64,000 nucleotides of DNA, taken from positions 744,929 to 808,928 of the forward strand of contig JADKKJ010000001.1 in assembly GCA_016720565.1 (NCBI GenBank), in the 5' to 3' direction. Shown here in pieces: positions 46,133 to 55,002 of this stretch (position 1 is its first letter; every line of letters begins with the position of its first letter). Source of the stretch: Chitinophagaceae bacterium (GTDB lineage Bacteria > Bacteroidota > Bacteroidia > Chitinophagales > Chitinophagaceae). The notes below the pieces were generated by a model. That model did no database searches. It was not told where the DNA came from and worked only from the letters and a program-made list of their open reading frames with translations. A program made the position numbers and the translations under genes.

Positions 46133-46600
46133 TTATTTTCTTCTGCTTAAAAAGGCCGCTGCGCCTGCTGAAAAAGCGGCTCCTATTATCAAATATCTGA
46201 AAATTGAAATGGAAACCATGGCCAAAGCGTATTGTTTTTTCGCTTTCCTGGCAATATCCTCGATCTCCAAAGGTGTTTTATCTCCTTTTTCCTGGTAGTA
46301 CCGGATAGTGGCTGCTTTTTCCTGCTCCGCCAGTTCCGGATGAAACTGAATAAAAATGAACGTAAAGCTTACCATGAATATGGTAACCACAATGAAATGC
46401 CGGAAGGCGGTGGCAAATAGCTGGCCGAAACTACCTGAAATGCCAATAAGTGTCCAGACAATACCCACCAGGTAGATCAGGTAAATAAAATATTGCAGGT
46501 TGGGGTTTAGCTGTTCGTGCCATTTGTCGTAAAGAAGACTCGCAGCGATCATTATAATTGCCGTGATCACTGCTTTTATGGCGGGTGAAAGATTCTTCAT
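46133..46600 (-). CDS. DUF4199-like 4-TM membrane protein
   Basis: Four hydrophobic helices with a soluble loop before the last; its ATG overlaps the upstream TGA (ATGA). Confidence 0.7.
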   Translation of the reverse strand: MKNLSPAIKAVITAIIMIAASLLYDKWHEQLNPNLQYFIYLIYLVGIVWTLIGISGSFGQLFATAFRHFIVVTIFMVSFTFIFIQFHPELAEQEKAATIRYYQEKGDKTPLEIEDIARKAKKQYALAMVSISIFRYLIIGAAFSAGAAAFLSRRK

Positions 46601-47865
46601 GATGCTATAAAATGGCAATGGCCATTATTGATGATGCCCAGGGGTTTTCCTTTAAATGCCTTTCCGATGAATGGCGTATTGCGCGACAGGCTTTTTATAT
46701 CATTACCGGTAAATGTCCAGTTTCTGTTTGGATCGAACAAACTGATACAGGCGGTATTCCCTTCGCGTATGGTTGCCGGGTCCATTTTAAATATCCTTCT
46801 CGGATTGATTGCGAGCATATCCACCAGTTTTGCAACCGGTATTCCATCCACAGCAGTTGCCAGTACGGCGAAGGCTGTTTCCAGTGCTATCATTCCTGGT
46901 TTGGCGTATTCAAATTCAAGGACCTTGCTGTCATTCTCATGTGGCAGGTGATGGGAGGCGAGGCAATCTATTTCCCCGTTCAGGATAGCCTGTTTTAAAT
47001 TCTCTCTTTCCTGGCTGCTTCGAAGGGGAGGGTTTAGTTTGAAAATACTGTCATAGCCCGATACATCCTCATCGCAGAAATAGAGGTGGGCAGGTGTTAC
47101 TGAGCAGCTCACACGTATGCCTTCTTTTTTTGCCTTGGTTATATAGTCGAGGGAACGGCGGGTACTGATACCTGTAAGATGTATAGAAGAATTGGTATAC
47201 TGGGCCAGGTTGATATCTCTTTCCACCATCAATTCCTCTGCCATCGATGGCTTGCCGGCAAGTCCCAGCCGGGTGGAAGCGATCCCCTCATTCATCAATC
47301 CATGGGCGCCGATGGTCTTATCTTCAGGAACCTGTATGATCACGCCTTCAAATGCTTTTACATACTGAAGCGCTTTAAGCAGTAAACCGGATGATTGAAT
47401 ACAATGAAGCCCGTCGCTGAATGCGATGGAGCCACTATTCTGCATATCATACATCTCTGCCAGCTCTTTGCCTTCCGTATTATTGGTAACCGCGCCGAGC
47501 GGATGGATGTTTACTGCAAGATCCCTGCTTTTTTGCTTGATATATTCAACCGATGATTTATTATGGATAACTGGCTTGGTATTCGGTATCACAAATACAT
47601 CGGTGAAACCTCCGGCTGCTGCGGCGGCGGCACCCGACAAAAGCGATTCTTTATGTTCAAATCCCGGATCGGCGAAATCAGAAAATATATCCACCCATCC
47701 TGGTGATATATGCAGACCCTCTGCCTTTATGATCTGATCAGCATCAGCATCAATATTTTTATTTATACGGGTGATCTGGCCATTTTCAATGAGCAGGTCG
47801 ATGGTTTGGCCGTTGTGTGGGGATAGTGGGTCTATGACCCTTGCTTGCTTAATGAGTAGCTTCAT
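46597..47865 (-). CDS. Dihydroorotase-fold protein, predicted catalytically inactive
   Basis: Overall type-I DHOase pattern (AAAGGFTDV..PNTKP, KLNPPLR), but the motifs read DIFSDFADPG, QVPED, TGIST and ASHHLPH instead of DxHxHxREPG, HCED, CHIST and TDHAPH. Confidence 0.85.
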   Translation of the reverse strand: MKLLIKQARVIDPLSPHNGQTIDLLIENGQITRINKNIDADADQIIKAEGLHISPGWVDIFSDFADPGFEHKESLLSGAAAAAAGGFTDVFVIPNTKPVIHNKSSVEYIKQKSRDLAVNIHPLGAVTNNTEGKELAEMYDMQNSGSIAFSDGLHCIQSSGLLLKALQYVKAFEGVIIQVPEDKTIGAHGLMNEGIASTRLGLAGKPSMAEELMVERDINLAQYTNSSIHLTGISTRRSLDYITKAKKEGIRVSCSVTPAHLYFCDEDVSGYDSIFKLNPPLRSSQERENLKQAILNGEIDCLASHHLPHENDSKVLEFEYAKPGMIALETAFAVLATAVDGIPVAKLVDMLAINPRRIFKMDPATIREGNTACISLFDPNRNWTFTGNDIKSLSRNTPFIGKAFKGKPLGIINNGHCHFIAS

Positions 47866-47943
47866 TAAGGATCGAAGTTACTTGTTTTTTTGATTTTAAT
47901 ATTGGCATTTTTGGTGCTACATTTGCCCCCCTTACCGGTAGTT

Positions 47944-48017
47944 CGGGTGGTGGCGCAGCCCGGTAGCGCACTTGCATGGGGTGCAAGGGGTCGCTGGTTC
48001 GAATCCAGTCCACCCGA
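47944..48017 (+). tRNA. tRNA-Pro(GGG)
   Basis: CGGGTGGTGGCGCAGCCCGGTAGCGCA-CTTGC-ATGGGGT-GCAAG-GGGTCGCTGGTTCGAATCCAGTCCACCCGA; TACATTTG promoter at 47918-47925. Confidence 0.97.
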
Positions 48018-48028
48018 CATTGTAAAGG

Positions 48029-48055
48029 AGCACTTCAAAATTGAGGTGCTTTTTT
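48029..48055 (+). terminator. Terminator after tRNA-Pro
   Basis: AGCACTTCA/TGAGGTGCT stem followed by a T tract. Confidence 0.8.
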
Positions 48056-48062
48056 ATTTTTA

Positions 48063-48611
48063 TTACTGAGCCCGCTCCATACAGGCAGTACGCAGCCTTA
48101 GCATATAAGCAAGGCCTTTTTGCCTGGCATAAGCAGCGTTTTTTTCCGGGATCTGACTGGTATCCGGGTAACTGTCGATAGCACGACTCAGGCTTTCCTC
48201 CCTTAAAATATGAAGCATTGGGTAGGGAGAACGATTGGTATAGTTTGCTGCATCATTTTCGTTGCTGTCTGCAAATATATAGGCGGGATGAAAAGAAGCT
48301 ACCTGGTAAATGCCTTCATATCCGGCTTTCTTTATCAGTAACTCTGCGCCATGTACCAGTTTTAAATATTCTGAAAAACTTTCAAAGTTCTGAGGTAACA
48401 ATAAAAACATGGTTTCAATTTCTTCCTCTGTATCCATTTTTACCAGCGCTGCAGACAAGGCTTTCAGGGCGATCACATTAGTTCCTGCAATCACCTCAAA
48501 ATAAATACTTTCCTTTTTCACCTCCCGAATTGCAAAAGGACAAAAGTTACAGCCTACCACCACATCGAGAATCCATTTTTTTGTTTGTGATATTATGAGA
48601 GTATTGTTCAT
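48063..48611 (-). CDS. DUF1415 family protein
   Basis: TKKWILDVVVGCNFCPFA, YQVASFHP.Y.F, YTNRSPYPMLHILRE.S. Confidence 0.9.
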   Translation of the reverse strand: MNNTLIISQTKKWILDVVVGCNFCPFAIREVKKESIYFEVIAGTNVIALKALSAALVKMDTEEEIETMFLLLPQNFESFSEYLKLVHGAELLIKKAGYEGIYQVASFHPAYIFADSNENDAANYTNRSPYPMLHILREESLSRAIDSYPDTSQIPEKNAAYARQKGLAYMLRLRTACMERAQ

Positions 48612-48652
48612 GCTTGTTCAGACTGCAATTTAAAGCAATGGTCGTTTTTTAT

Positions 48653-49921
48653 TTAATGATCATTCAGGGGCAATCCTTTTTTCTGCCAATCGATCCAGTT
48701 CACATACTCATCAGATTTCCGGTGAACTTCCATGCTGATACATTTATCTACGGGACAAACCAGCTGGCATAGATTGCAACCAACACATTCTCCTTCGATC
48801 ACTGTGTATTTGTTATAGGGGTCGCCATACTCTTTATGGATTGATTGATGAGAAGTGTCCTCGCAGGCGATATAACATAAGCCGCAATGAATGCATTTAT
48901 CCTGGTCGATCTTTGCAATATGATGGTAATTGATATCGAGGTCTTCCCAATGCGTTATCTTCTCTACTGACTTCCCGATGAAATCTTCTGTTCGGGTAAA
49001 TCCCTTTTCGTCCATCCAGTTGCTCATGCCTTCGCAAAGATCTTCAATGATCCTGAATCCATGTTTCATGGCGGCTGTGCAGATCTGCACATTGGAGGCA
49101 CCCAGCAACATGAATTCCACCGCGTCTTTCCAGGTACTGATACCACCGATCCCTGATACAGGAACTTTTGAGGTCAGTTCATCCTGGGCTATCGTGGTCA
49201 GCATTTTTAATGCGATCGGTTTTACCGCAGGTCCGCAATAACCACCAAAAACTGATTTGCCTGCTACAAAAGGATTCGGTACTAAGGTATCCAGGTCGAT
49301 GCCCGTTATTGATTGTATGGTATTGATAAGTGAAAGGCCATTTGATCCTGCCTTGACAACGGACCTTCCTGTAGGAACTACAGAATGTACATTGGGGGTA
49401 AGCTTGGTGATCACTGGAATAGTGGCCACCTCCATTACCCATTCTACCACCATACAGGCGATCTCAGGGTCCTGGCCCACAGCTGCACCCATTCCTCGTT
49501 CAGTCATTCCATGCGGACATCCGAAATTAAGTTCCAATCCATGCGCGCCGGTATCTTCCACTTTTTTGATCAGTTCGTGCCAGCTCTTCTTACGGTTGTC
49601 GGCCATTAATGAAACCACCATGGCCCGGTCCGGGAATAATCGGATACATTCTTTGATCTCTCTTAAATTCAGGTCCAGCGGACGATCCGAGATCAGTTCA
49701 ATATTGTTGAAACCCATTACCCGGTGACCTCCAAAATCTACTGCAGAATAACGGGAAGAAACATTTTTTACCTGTGAGCCAAGGGTCTTCCAGACTACAC
49801 CACCCCAACCGGCTTCAAATGCACGAAGTACATTGTATTTTTTATCCGTGGGTGGGGCAGAGGCCAGCCAGAACGGATTTGGGGATTTTATGCCCAGGAA
49901 ATTTGAATGCAGATCAGCCAT
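48653..49921 (-). CDS. preA: NAD-dependent dihydropyrimidine dehydrogenase subunit PreA
   Basis: NPFWLASAPPT, WGGVVWKT, ELNFGCPHGM, KLTPN; two C-terminal 4Fe-4S motifs CIHCGLCYIAC and CVGCNLCQLVCP. Confidence 0.96.
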   Translation of the reverse strand: MADLHSNFLGIKSPNPFWLASAPPTDKKYNVLRAFEAGWGGVVWKTLGSQVKNVSSRYSAVDFGGHRVMGFNNIELISDRPLDLNLREIKECIRLFPDRAMVVSLMADNRKKSWHELIKKVEDTGAHGLELNFGCPHGMTERGMGAAVGQDPEIACMVVEWVMEVATIPVITKLTPNVHSVVPTGRSVVKAGSNGLSLINTIQSITGIDLDTLVPNPFVAGKSVFGGYCGPAVKPIALKMLTTIAQDELTSKVPVSGIGGISTWKDAVEFMLLGASNVQICTAAMKHGFRIIEDLCEGMSNWMDEKGFTRTEDFIGKSVEKITHWEDLDINYHHIAKIDQDKCIHCGLCYIACEDTSHQSIHKEYGDPYNKYTVIEGECVGCNLCQLVCPVDKCISMEVHRKSDEYVNWIDWQKKGLPLNDH

Positions 49922-49947
49922 AATTATTTTTTTATCGACCTGATTAG

Positions 49948-51282
49948 TTAAGAAATAAAATCAAGGATCGCCATAGCGCCTTTTTTCCCGGCTTCCACAG
50001 CGTCTACTACCTCTTTACCACCATTCACTGCATCTCCACCGGCAAATACACTTCTGATGTTCGTTGAATGATCCTTGTTTATCACCAGTTTTCCATGTTC
50101 GTGGTCCAATCTATTCGCACCAACCAGTGATTCAAAAGGCACTTGACCGGCGGCTTTTATTACCATGTCCGTATCAAGTTCCATGGTCTCACCGGTATCA
50201 ATAATTGATCTTCTTCCTGAATGATCCGGCTCTCCTGGTTTCATAACAGAACAGATGAGCTTTTCCACTTTACCATTTCCAACGATCTGTTTTGGTGCTG
50301 CCAGCCAAACTATCTCACAACCATCTTTTTTAGCCAGGTCGAGTTCTACTTCTGTGCAGGGCATTTCATTTTGTGTACGACGATAAACGATGGTCACTTG
50401 TTTTGCACCTAATCTTTTTGCCTGTGTGGCCGCATCAATAGCGGTCATTCCTAAACCGATCACCACTACATTGTCACCAACCGGTACAGGGGAAAACCCC
50501 TCATTTCTTATCTGGTAAATAAAATGGATCGCATCTACCACGCCATTCAATTCTTCGCCGGGTATATTTAATTGGCGGGCCAGTCCTACACCAAATGCAA
50601 GGAATACGGCATCATAATTTCGTTGCAGGTCGGCCAGGGAAAGATTCCTGCCAAGTTCCTGTTCATAATTGATCTGGATTCCCCCAATTGAAAGAATATA
50701 ATTCACTTCTTCTTCGCAGAATCGAGGAGTGACCTTATAAGCGGCAATGCCATAGGTCATTAAACCACCTCCTTTTTTTTCTTTTTCATAAATGCTTACT
50801 TCAATGCCTTCCCTGCTTAATGTATGTGCGCAACTTAATCCTGCAGGGCCAGCGCCGATAACGGCCACTTTTTTCCCGGTGTCCGGTTTACGCTGGAACA
50901 ATGGCCATTTTTTTTCGAGGGCCATTTCTGTAGAATATCGTTGCAGCCTGGCAATAGGGATAGGTTCCTCTTCCAATAGATTATATACACAGGAGCCTTC
51001 GCATAGTTTTTCTACCGGGCATACACGACTGCAACCTGCGCCCAGAATATTTGAACTGAAAATAGTATGCGCCGAACCTTTGATGTTATTTGTAGCGATC
51101 TGTTTGATGAATTTTGGAACATCAATATGCGTAGGGCAGCGCTTCATGCATGGTGCATCATAACAGAACAGGCACCTGTTCGCATCTACCTGCGCAGCAG
51201 TTATAGAATCATAGGGAGGATGCAGGTCCGAAAAATTCTCGGCATATTGTTCCTCACTCAGTCTGTTATTTAAGATCGCCAT
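49948..51282 (-). CDS. preT: Dihydropyrimidine dehydrogenase subunit PreT (GltD-like)
   Basis: CLFCYDAPCMKRCP, CSRVCPVEKLCEGSC, GAGPAG; adjacent to preA. Confidence 0.93.
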   Translation of the reverse strand: MAILNNRLSEEQYAENFSDLHPPYDSITAAQVDANRCLFCYDAPCMKRCPTHIDVPKFIKQIATNNIKGSAHTIFSSNILGAGCSRVCPVEKLCEGSCVYNLLEEEPIPIARLQRYSTEMALEKKWPLFQRKPDTGKKVAVIGAGPAGLSCAHTLSREGIEVSIYEKEKKGGGLMTYGIAAYKVTPRFCEEEVNYILSIGGIQINYEQELGRNLSLADLQRNYDAVFLAFGVGLARQLNIPGEELNGVVDAIHFIYQIRNEGFSPVPVGDNVVVIGLGMTAIDAATQAKRLGAKQVTIVYRRTQNEMPCTEVELDLAKKDGCEIVWLAAPKQIVGNGKVEKLICSVMKPGEPDHSGRRSIIDTGETMELDTDMVIKAAGQVPFESLVGANRLDHEHGKLVINKDHSTNIRSVFAGGDAVNGGKEVVDAVEAGKKGAMAILDFIS

Positions 51283-51291
51283 GTTTTATTT

Positions 51292-52158
51292 TTAAAGTTC
51301 AACCAGTTTGCCATAGGTCTCCGGCCTGCGGTCGCGGAAAAACTGCCAGGTAGCCCTCACTTCTTCAATCATATCCAGGTCAAAATCAGCTACCAGTAAT
51401 TCATCTTTGTCTTCGCTGGCCTGCGCGAATATCTGTCCGCGCGGATCAACGAAATAAGAACTGCCATAGAATTTACCCAGGTTCCAGGGTTTTTCTGTTC
51501 CCACCCGATTAATGCAGCCCATGAAATAACCATTGGCCGCCGCATGGGCAGGTTGTTCCAGTTTCCATAAATACTGAGAAAGACCGGCTACCGTAGCAGA
51601 AGGGTTATATACGATCTCGGCGCCATTCAATCCTAATATACGCGCGCCATCAGGGAAGTGCCGGTCGTAACAAATATAAACCCCCACCTTAGCGTATTTG
51701 GTTTGAAAAACAGGATAGCCCAGGTTACCGGGTTTAAAAAAGAATTTCTCCCAGAATCCCGAGGTATGAGGAATATGGTTCTTACGGTATTTTCCAAGAT
51801 AAGTTCCATCCGCATCGATCACTGCTGCTGTATTGTATAAAACGCCGGCCTGTTCTTTTTCAAAAATGGGAACGATCATTACCATGCTGTATTTTTTCGC
51901 ATACTCCTGCATCCTTTCTACGGTAGGGCCAGGAATGGGTTCTGCCGAATCATACCAGGCCTTATCCTGTCCCGGGCAGAAATAAGGAGTATTGAATATT
52001 TCCTGCAGGCATAAGATCTGAACACCTTTTTTGCCCGCTTCTTCGATCAGTGGAATGTGTTTTTGCAACATGGCTTCTTTGATCTCGGCAATACTTCCTT
52101 CACCTTCTGTTAATGGAAGACTCATTTGAATCAGGCCTGAGCGAATGATCCTTGACAT
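51292..52158 (-). CDS. Nitrilase-family beta-ureidopropionase (beta-alanine synthase)
   Basis: Glu-Lys-Cys triad LQEIF, YRKNHIP, ICYDRHF; operon context. Confidence 0.9.
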   Translation of the reverse strand: MSRIIRSGLIQMSLPLTEGEGSIAEIKEAMLQKHIPLIEEAGKKGVQILCLQEIFNTPYFCPGQDKAWYDSAEPIPGPTVERMQEYAKKYSMVMIVPIFEKEQAGVLYNTAAVIDADGTYLGKYRKNHIPHTSGFWEKFFFKPGNLGYPVFQTKYAKVGVYICYDRHFPDGARILGLNGAEIVYNPSATVAGLSQYLWKLEQPAHAAANGYFMGCINRVGTEKPWNLGKFYGSSYFVDPRGQIFAQASEDKDELLVADFDLDMIEEVRATWQFFRDRRPETYGKLVEL

Positions 52159-52169
52159 AGTTTTAATTT

Positions 52170-53549
52170 TTATCCGTTAGTATGTTTGCTTCTTTTAATG
52201 AACTGGCCATATCCTTTTTCCAGTTTACATTCATTATGGTCTATAGCTATTTTTCCCCTGAGTAAAACCGTTTTTATTTTTCCCTGCAGTTCCCATCCTT
52301 CATACCCGGAATAATCCACATTCATATGATGGGTGGCAGCAGCTATACGATGCTTTTCAGTTGGATCCATAATGATGATATCGGCATCACTGTCTACAGC
52401 AATGGTTCCTTTGCGGGGAAACATGCCAAATATTTTTGCCGCATTGGTGGATGACACCTCAACATATTTATTCAACCCGATCCTGCCCTTATTCACTCCT
52501 TCTGAAAAAAGCAGTTCCATCCGGTTCTCAATGGCAGGATGCCCGTTGGGTATTTTAGAAAAATCTTCTTTGCCCATTAATTTCTGTTCCCATTTAAACG
52601 GGCAATGGTCGGTGGCCACTACATTCACGATGCCCTGGTTGATACCTGCCCATAATGTTTCCTGGTCTTTTTTCTGGCGAAGGGGAGGGCTCATTACCCA
52701 TTTGGCGCCTTCAAAATCCATTTCATACAAAGAGGCATCCAGCAAAAGATATTGTATGCAGGTCTCCACATGAACCTTCTGGTTTCTGAGTAAGGCCTGG
52801 CGTATCGCATTCAATGCTCCTTCGCAGGTAAGGTGAACAATATAGCCCGGGCATCCGGTGTAATGCGCCATATCCGCAAAACGCTCTGTGGCTTCTGCCT
52901 CTGTGATCTCTGGCTGCGATAAGTAATGATAAAGGGGGGATAGTTTTCCTTCTGCCCGGTGTTTAGCTACCAGGTAATCGATCATATCGCCATTGGTGGC
53001 ATGTACATTAATGAAACCGCCCCATTTTTTAACTTCCTCCATCAGGCCGATCATCTGTCGGTCGTCAATCATTAGTGCCCCTTTATAGGCCATAAATGTT
53101 TTGAAGGAAGTAATGCCTTCTTCCTCGATCAATCCCCTGATCTCTTTTTGGGTTTCTTCATTAAAATCGGTGACGGCCATATGGAAACTATAATCGCCCA
53201 CACAATTATTATCTGAACGGCTTCTCCATTCATTCAGTGCTTCGGCCAGGGAATGGCCCTGCTTTTGCAAAATGAAATCGATCACCATAGTAGTGCCGCC
53301 AAATAACGCGGCCCTGGTTCCTGTCTCATAATTATCGCTGCTGTAGGTACCCATAAATGGCATATCCAGGTGCACATGCGGATCTATTCCCCCGGGCATC
53401 ACCAGTTTTCCAGTGGCATCGATCACGGTGTCTGCGTTGGCCGGCAGGTCTTTTCCAATGGCAATGATCTTTTCTCCATCAATAAAAATATCTGCCACAT
53501 AATCATCGGTAGCGGTGATGATCCTCCCGTTTCTGATCAGTGTTGTCAT
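52170..53549 (-). CDS. hydA: Dihydropyrimidinase
   Basis: PGGIDPHVH, SFKTFMAYKG, HATNG, IVHLTC, VATDHCPF; all metal ligands intact. Confidence 0.96.
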   Translation of the reverse strand: MTTLIRNGRIITATDDYVADIFIDGEKIIAIGKDLPANADTVIDATGKLVMPGGIDPHVHLDMPFMGTYSSDNYETGTRAALFGGTTMVIDFILQKQGHSLAEALNEWRSRSDNNCVGDYSFHMAVTDFNEETQKEIRGLIEEEGITSFKTFMAYKGALMIDDRQMIGLMEEVKKWGGFINVHATNGDMIDYLVAKHRAEGKLSPLYHYLSQPEITEAEATERFADMAHYTGCPGYIVHLTCEGALNAIRQALLRNQKVHVETCIQYLLLDASLYEMDFEGAKWVMSPPLRQKKDQETLWAGINQGIVNVVATDHCPFKWEQKLMGKEDFSKIPNGHPAIENRMELLFSEGVNKGRIGLNKYVEVSSTNAAKIFGMFPRKGTIAVDSDADIIIMDPTEKHRIAAATHHMNVDYSGYEGWELQGKIKTVLLRGKIAIDHNECKLEKGYGQFIKRSKHTNG

Positions 53550-54985
53550 GGCAAAACGGTATTAGTTCTTTTTTCTGTCATTATCCAATATACAAAGGCG
53601 CTCACAATAAAGCCAACAAACCAGGCATAATGATATATGCCATTCACCCAGCCGGGGAAAAGGTACTCAGGGATCAGGTGTACATTGACCAGGAAGCCCG
53701 GAATATTTGGAATGATCCCTGCTAATAACGCGAGAATAGCAATAGGATTATATCCCTGTTTATAGCCATACCTGCCCTGGTGCTGGTAAAGTTCTTCCAG
53801 TATTAATTGCTTTTTCCGAATAAGAAAATAATCGCAAATAAGAATGCCGCCGATAGGACCCAGTAAACTGGAATAGGCGATCAGCCAGGTGAAAATATAT
53901 CCATTGGGATCGGCCATTAATTTCCATGGGAAGATCAGCACGCCAATGATCCCTGTGATATATCCACCCATTCTGAAGTTGATGCGACGGGGTGAAAGAT
54001 TAGAGAAATCATTTGCTGGACTAACAATATTCGCAGCGATATTGGTTGCAAGGGTTGAAATAATGATACCGATCATCGCAAAACTTACCATCCATTTACT
54101 TTCAAATTTTCCCGCAAGTTTCACTGGATCCCATTCGGGACTGCCATAGATAATAGCGGAAGCGGAAGTGACCACAACACCAATAAAAGCAAATAAGGTC
54201 ATGGAAGGAGGAAGGCCGATGGCCTGGCCGCGTAAGTGGGCCGATTGCGATTTGGAATAACGGGTGAAATCAGGAATGTTCAGGGATAATGTGGCCCAGA
54301 ACCCAACCACGGCGGTCAGCGCGGGGAAAAAGAAAGCAAAAAAATCCTGGCTGTTCGAAAATTTGGAGGGCTCGCGAAGAATGGGTCCCAGCCCTTTTGC
54401 AGCCATAATAGCCCAGCAAAAAAGCGCGATTGCTGCAAATGGAAGGAAGATCGCTTTGAACTGCAGTAATTTCCGGATGCTATCCACCCCTTTATAAATA
54501 ATGAACATATTCAATAGCCAGAATAGACCAAAGCATAACAGCGGAAGTGGAGGAGGTATAAGACCGCTGCCATCGATCAAAGGCAATTCAGGGTTCCATG
54601 CTCTTAATAAATGGTAAAGTGATTCGCCGCCGATCCAGGTTTGGATACCGAACCATCCGCAGGCTACAATGGCTCTCAACATGGCTGGGATATTGGCACC
54701 TTTGGTTCCAAAGCTGGCCCTTGCAAATACAGGAAAGGGAATACCATATTTCGCGCCTGCATGGCCATTCAGTAACATGGGGACCAGTACGATCGCATTA
54801 CCCAGGAATATGGTCAGCACGGCCTGCCACCAGCTCATTCCATTATTGATCATAGAACTGGCCATGGTATAAGTAGGGATGCAAAGACTCATACTTATCC
54901 AAAGCGCTGCATAATTCCAGGTGCCCCATCTTCTTTTCTCAGGTGGAACCGGTGCCAGGTCTTCGTTGATGAGAGATGGATCCAT
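53546..54985 (-). CDS. NCS1 nucleobase:cation symporter
   Basis: 12 TM; NEDLAP..WGTWNY, GIPFPVFARASFG, WATLSLNIPDFTRY, NIAANIVSPAND. Confidence 0.95.
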   Translation of the reverse strand: MDPSLINEDLAPVPPEKRRWGTWNYAALWISMSLCIPTYTMASSMINNGMSWWQAVLTIFLGNAIVLVPMLLNGHAGAKYGIPFPVFARASFGTKGANIPAMLRAIVACGWFGIQTWIGGESLYHLLRAWNPELPLIDGSGLIPPPLPLLCFGLFWLLNMFIIYKGVDSIRKLLQFKAIFLPFAAIALFCWAIMAAKGLGPILREPSKFSNSQDFFAFFFPALTAVVGFWATLSLNIPDFTRYSKSQSAHLRGQAIGLPPSMTLFAFIGVVVTSASAIIYGSPEWDPVKLAGKFESKWMVSFAMIGIIISTLATNIAANIVSPANDFSNLSPRRINFRMGGYITGIIGVLIFPWKLMADPNGYIFTWLIAYSSLLGPIGGILICDYFLIRKKQLILEELYQHQGRYGYKQGYNPIAILALLAGIIPNIPGFLVNVHLIPEYLFPGWVNGIYHYAWFVGFIVSAFVYWIMTEKRTNTVLP

Positions 54986-55002
54986 TAAATTTTTATTTCT
55001 GT

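Noticed and set aside
47902-47919. sigma54-like TTGGCATTTTTGGTGC upstream of tRNA-Pro
   Set aside because: The GG-N10-GC spacing fits, but it overlaps a good housekeeping TACATTTG box that explains the tRNA; likely coincidence.
14491-48017. Absence of encoded CCA on both tRNAs
   Set aside because: Common in this phylum, where CCA is added post-transcriptionally; not unusual.
48063-48611. DUF1415 as an eighth member of the pyrimidine operon
   Set aside because: It has its own promoter-like box (TAAATTGC) in the 41-bp gap after preA, and I know of no functional link; co-transcription is not excluded.
46597-53549. Functional link between the pseudo-dihydroorotase and the nearby pyrimidine catabolic genes
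   Set aside because: They are separate transcription units split by a divergent tRNA and its terminator; proximity alone is not evidence.
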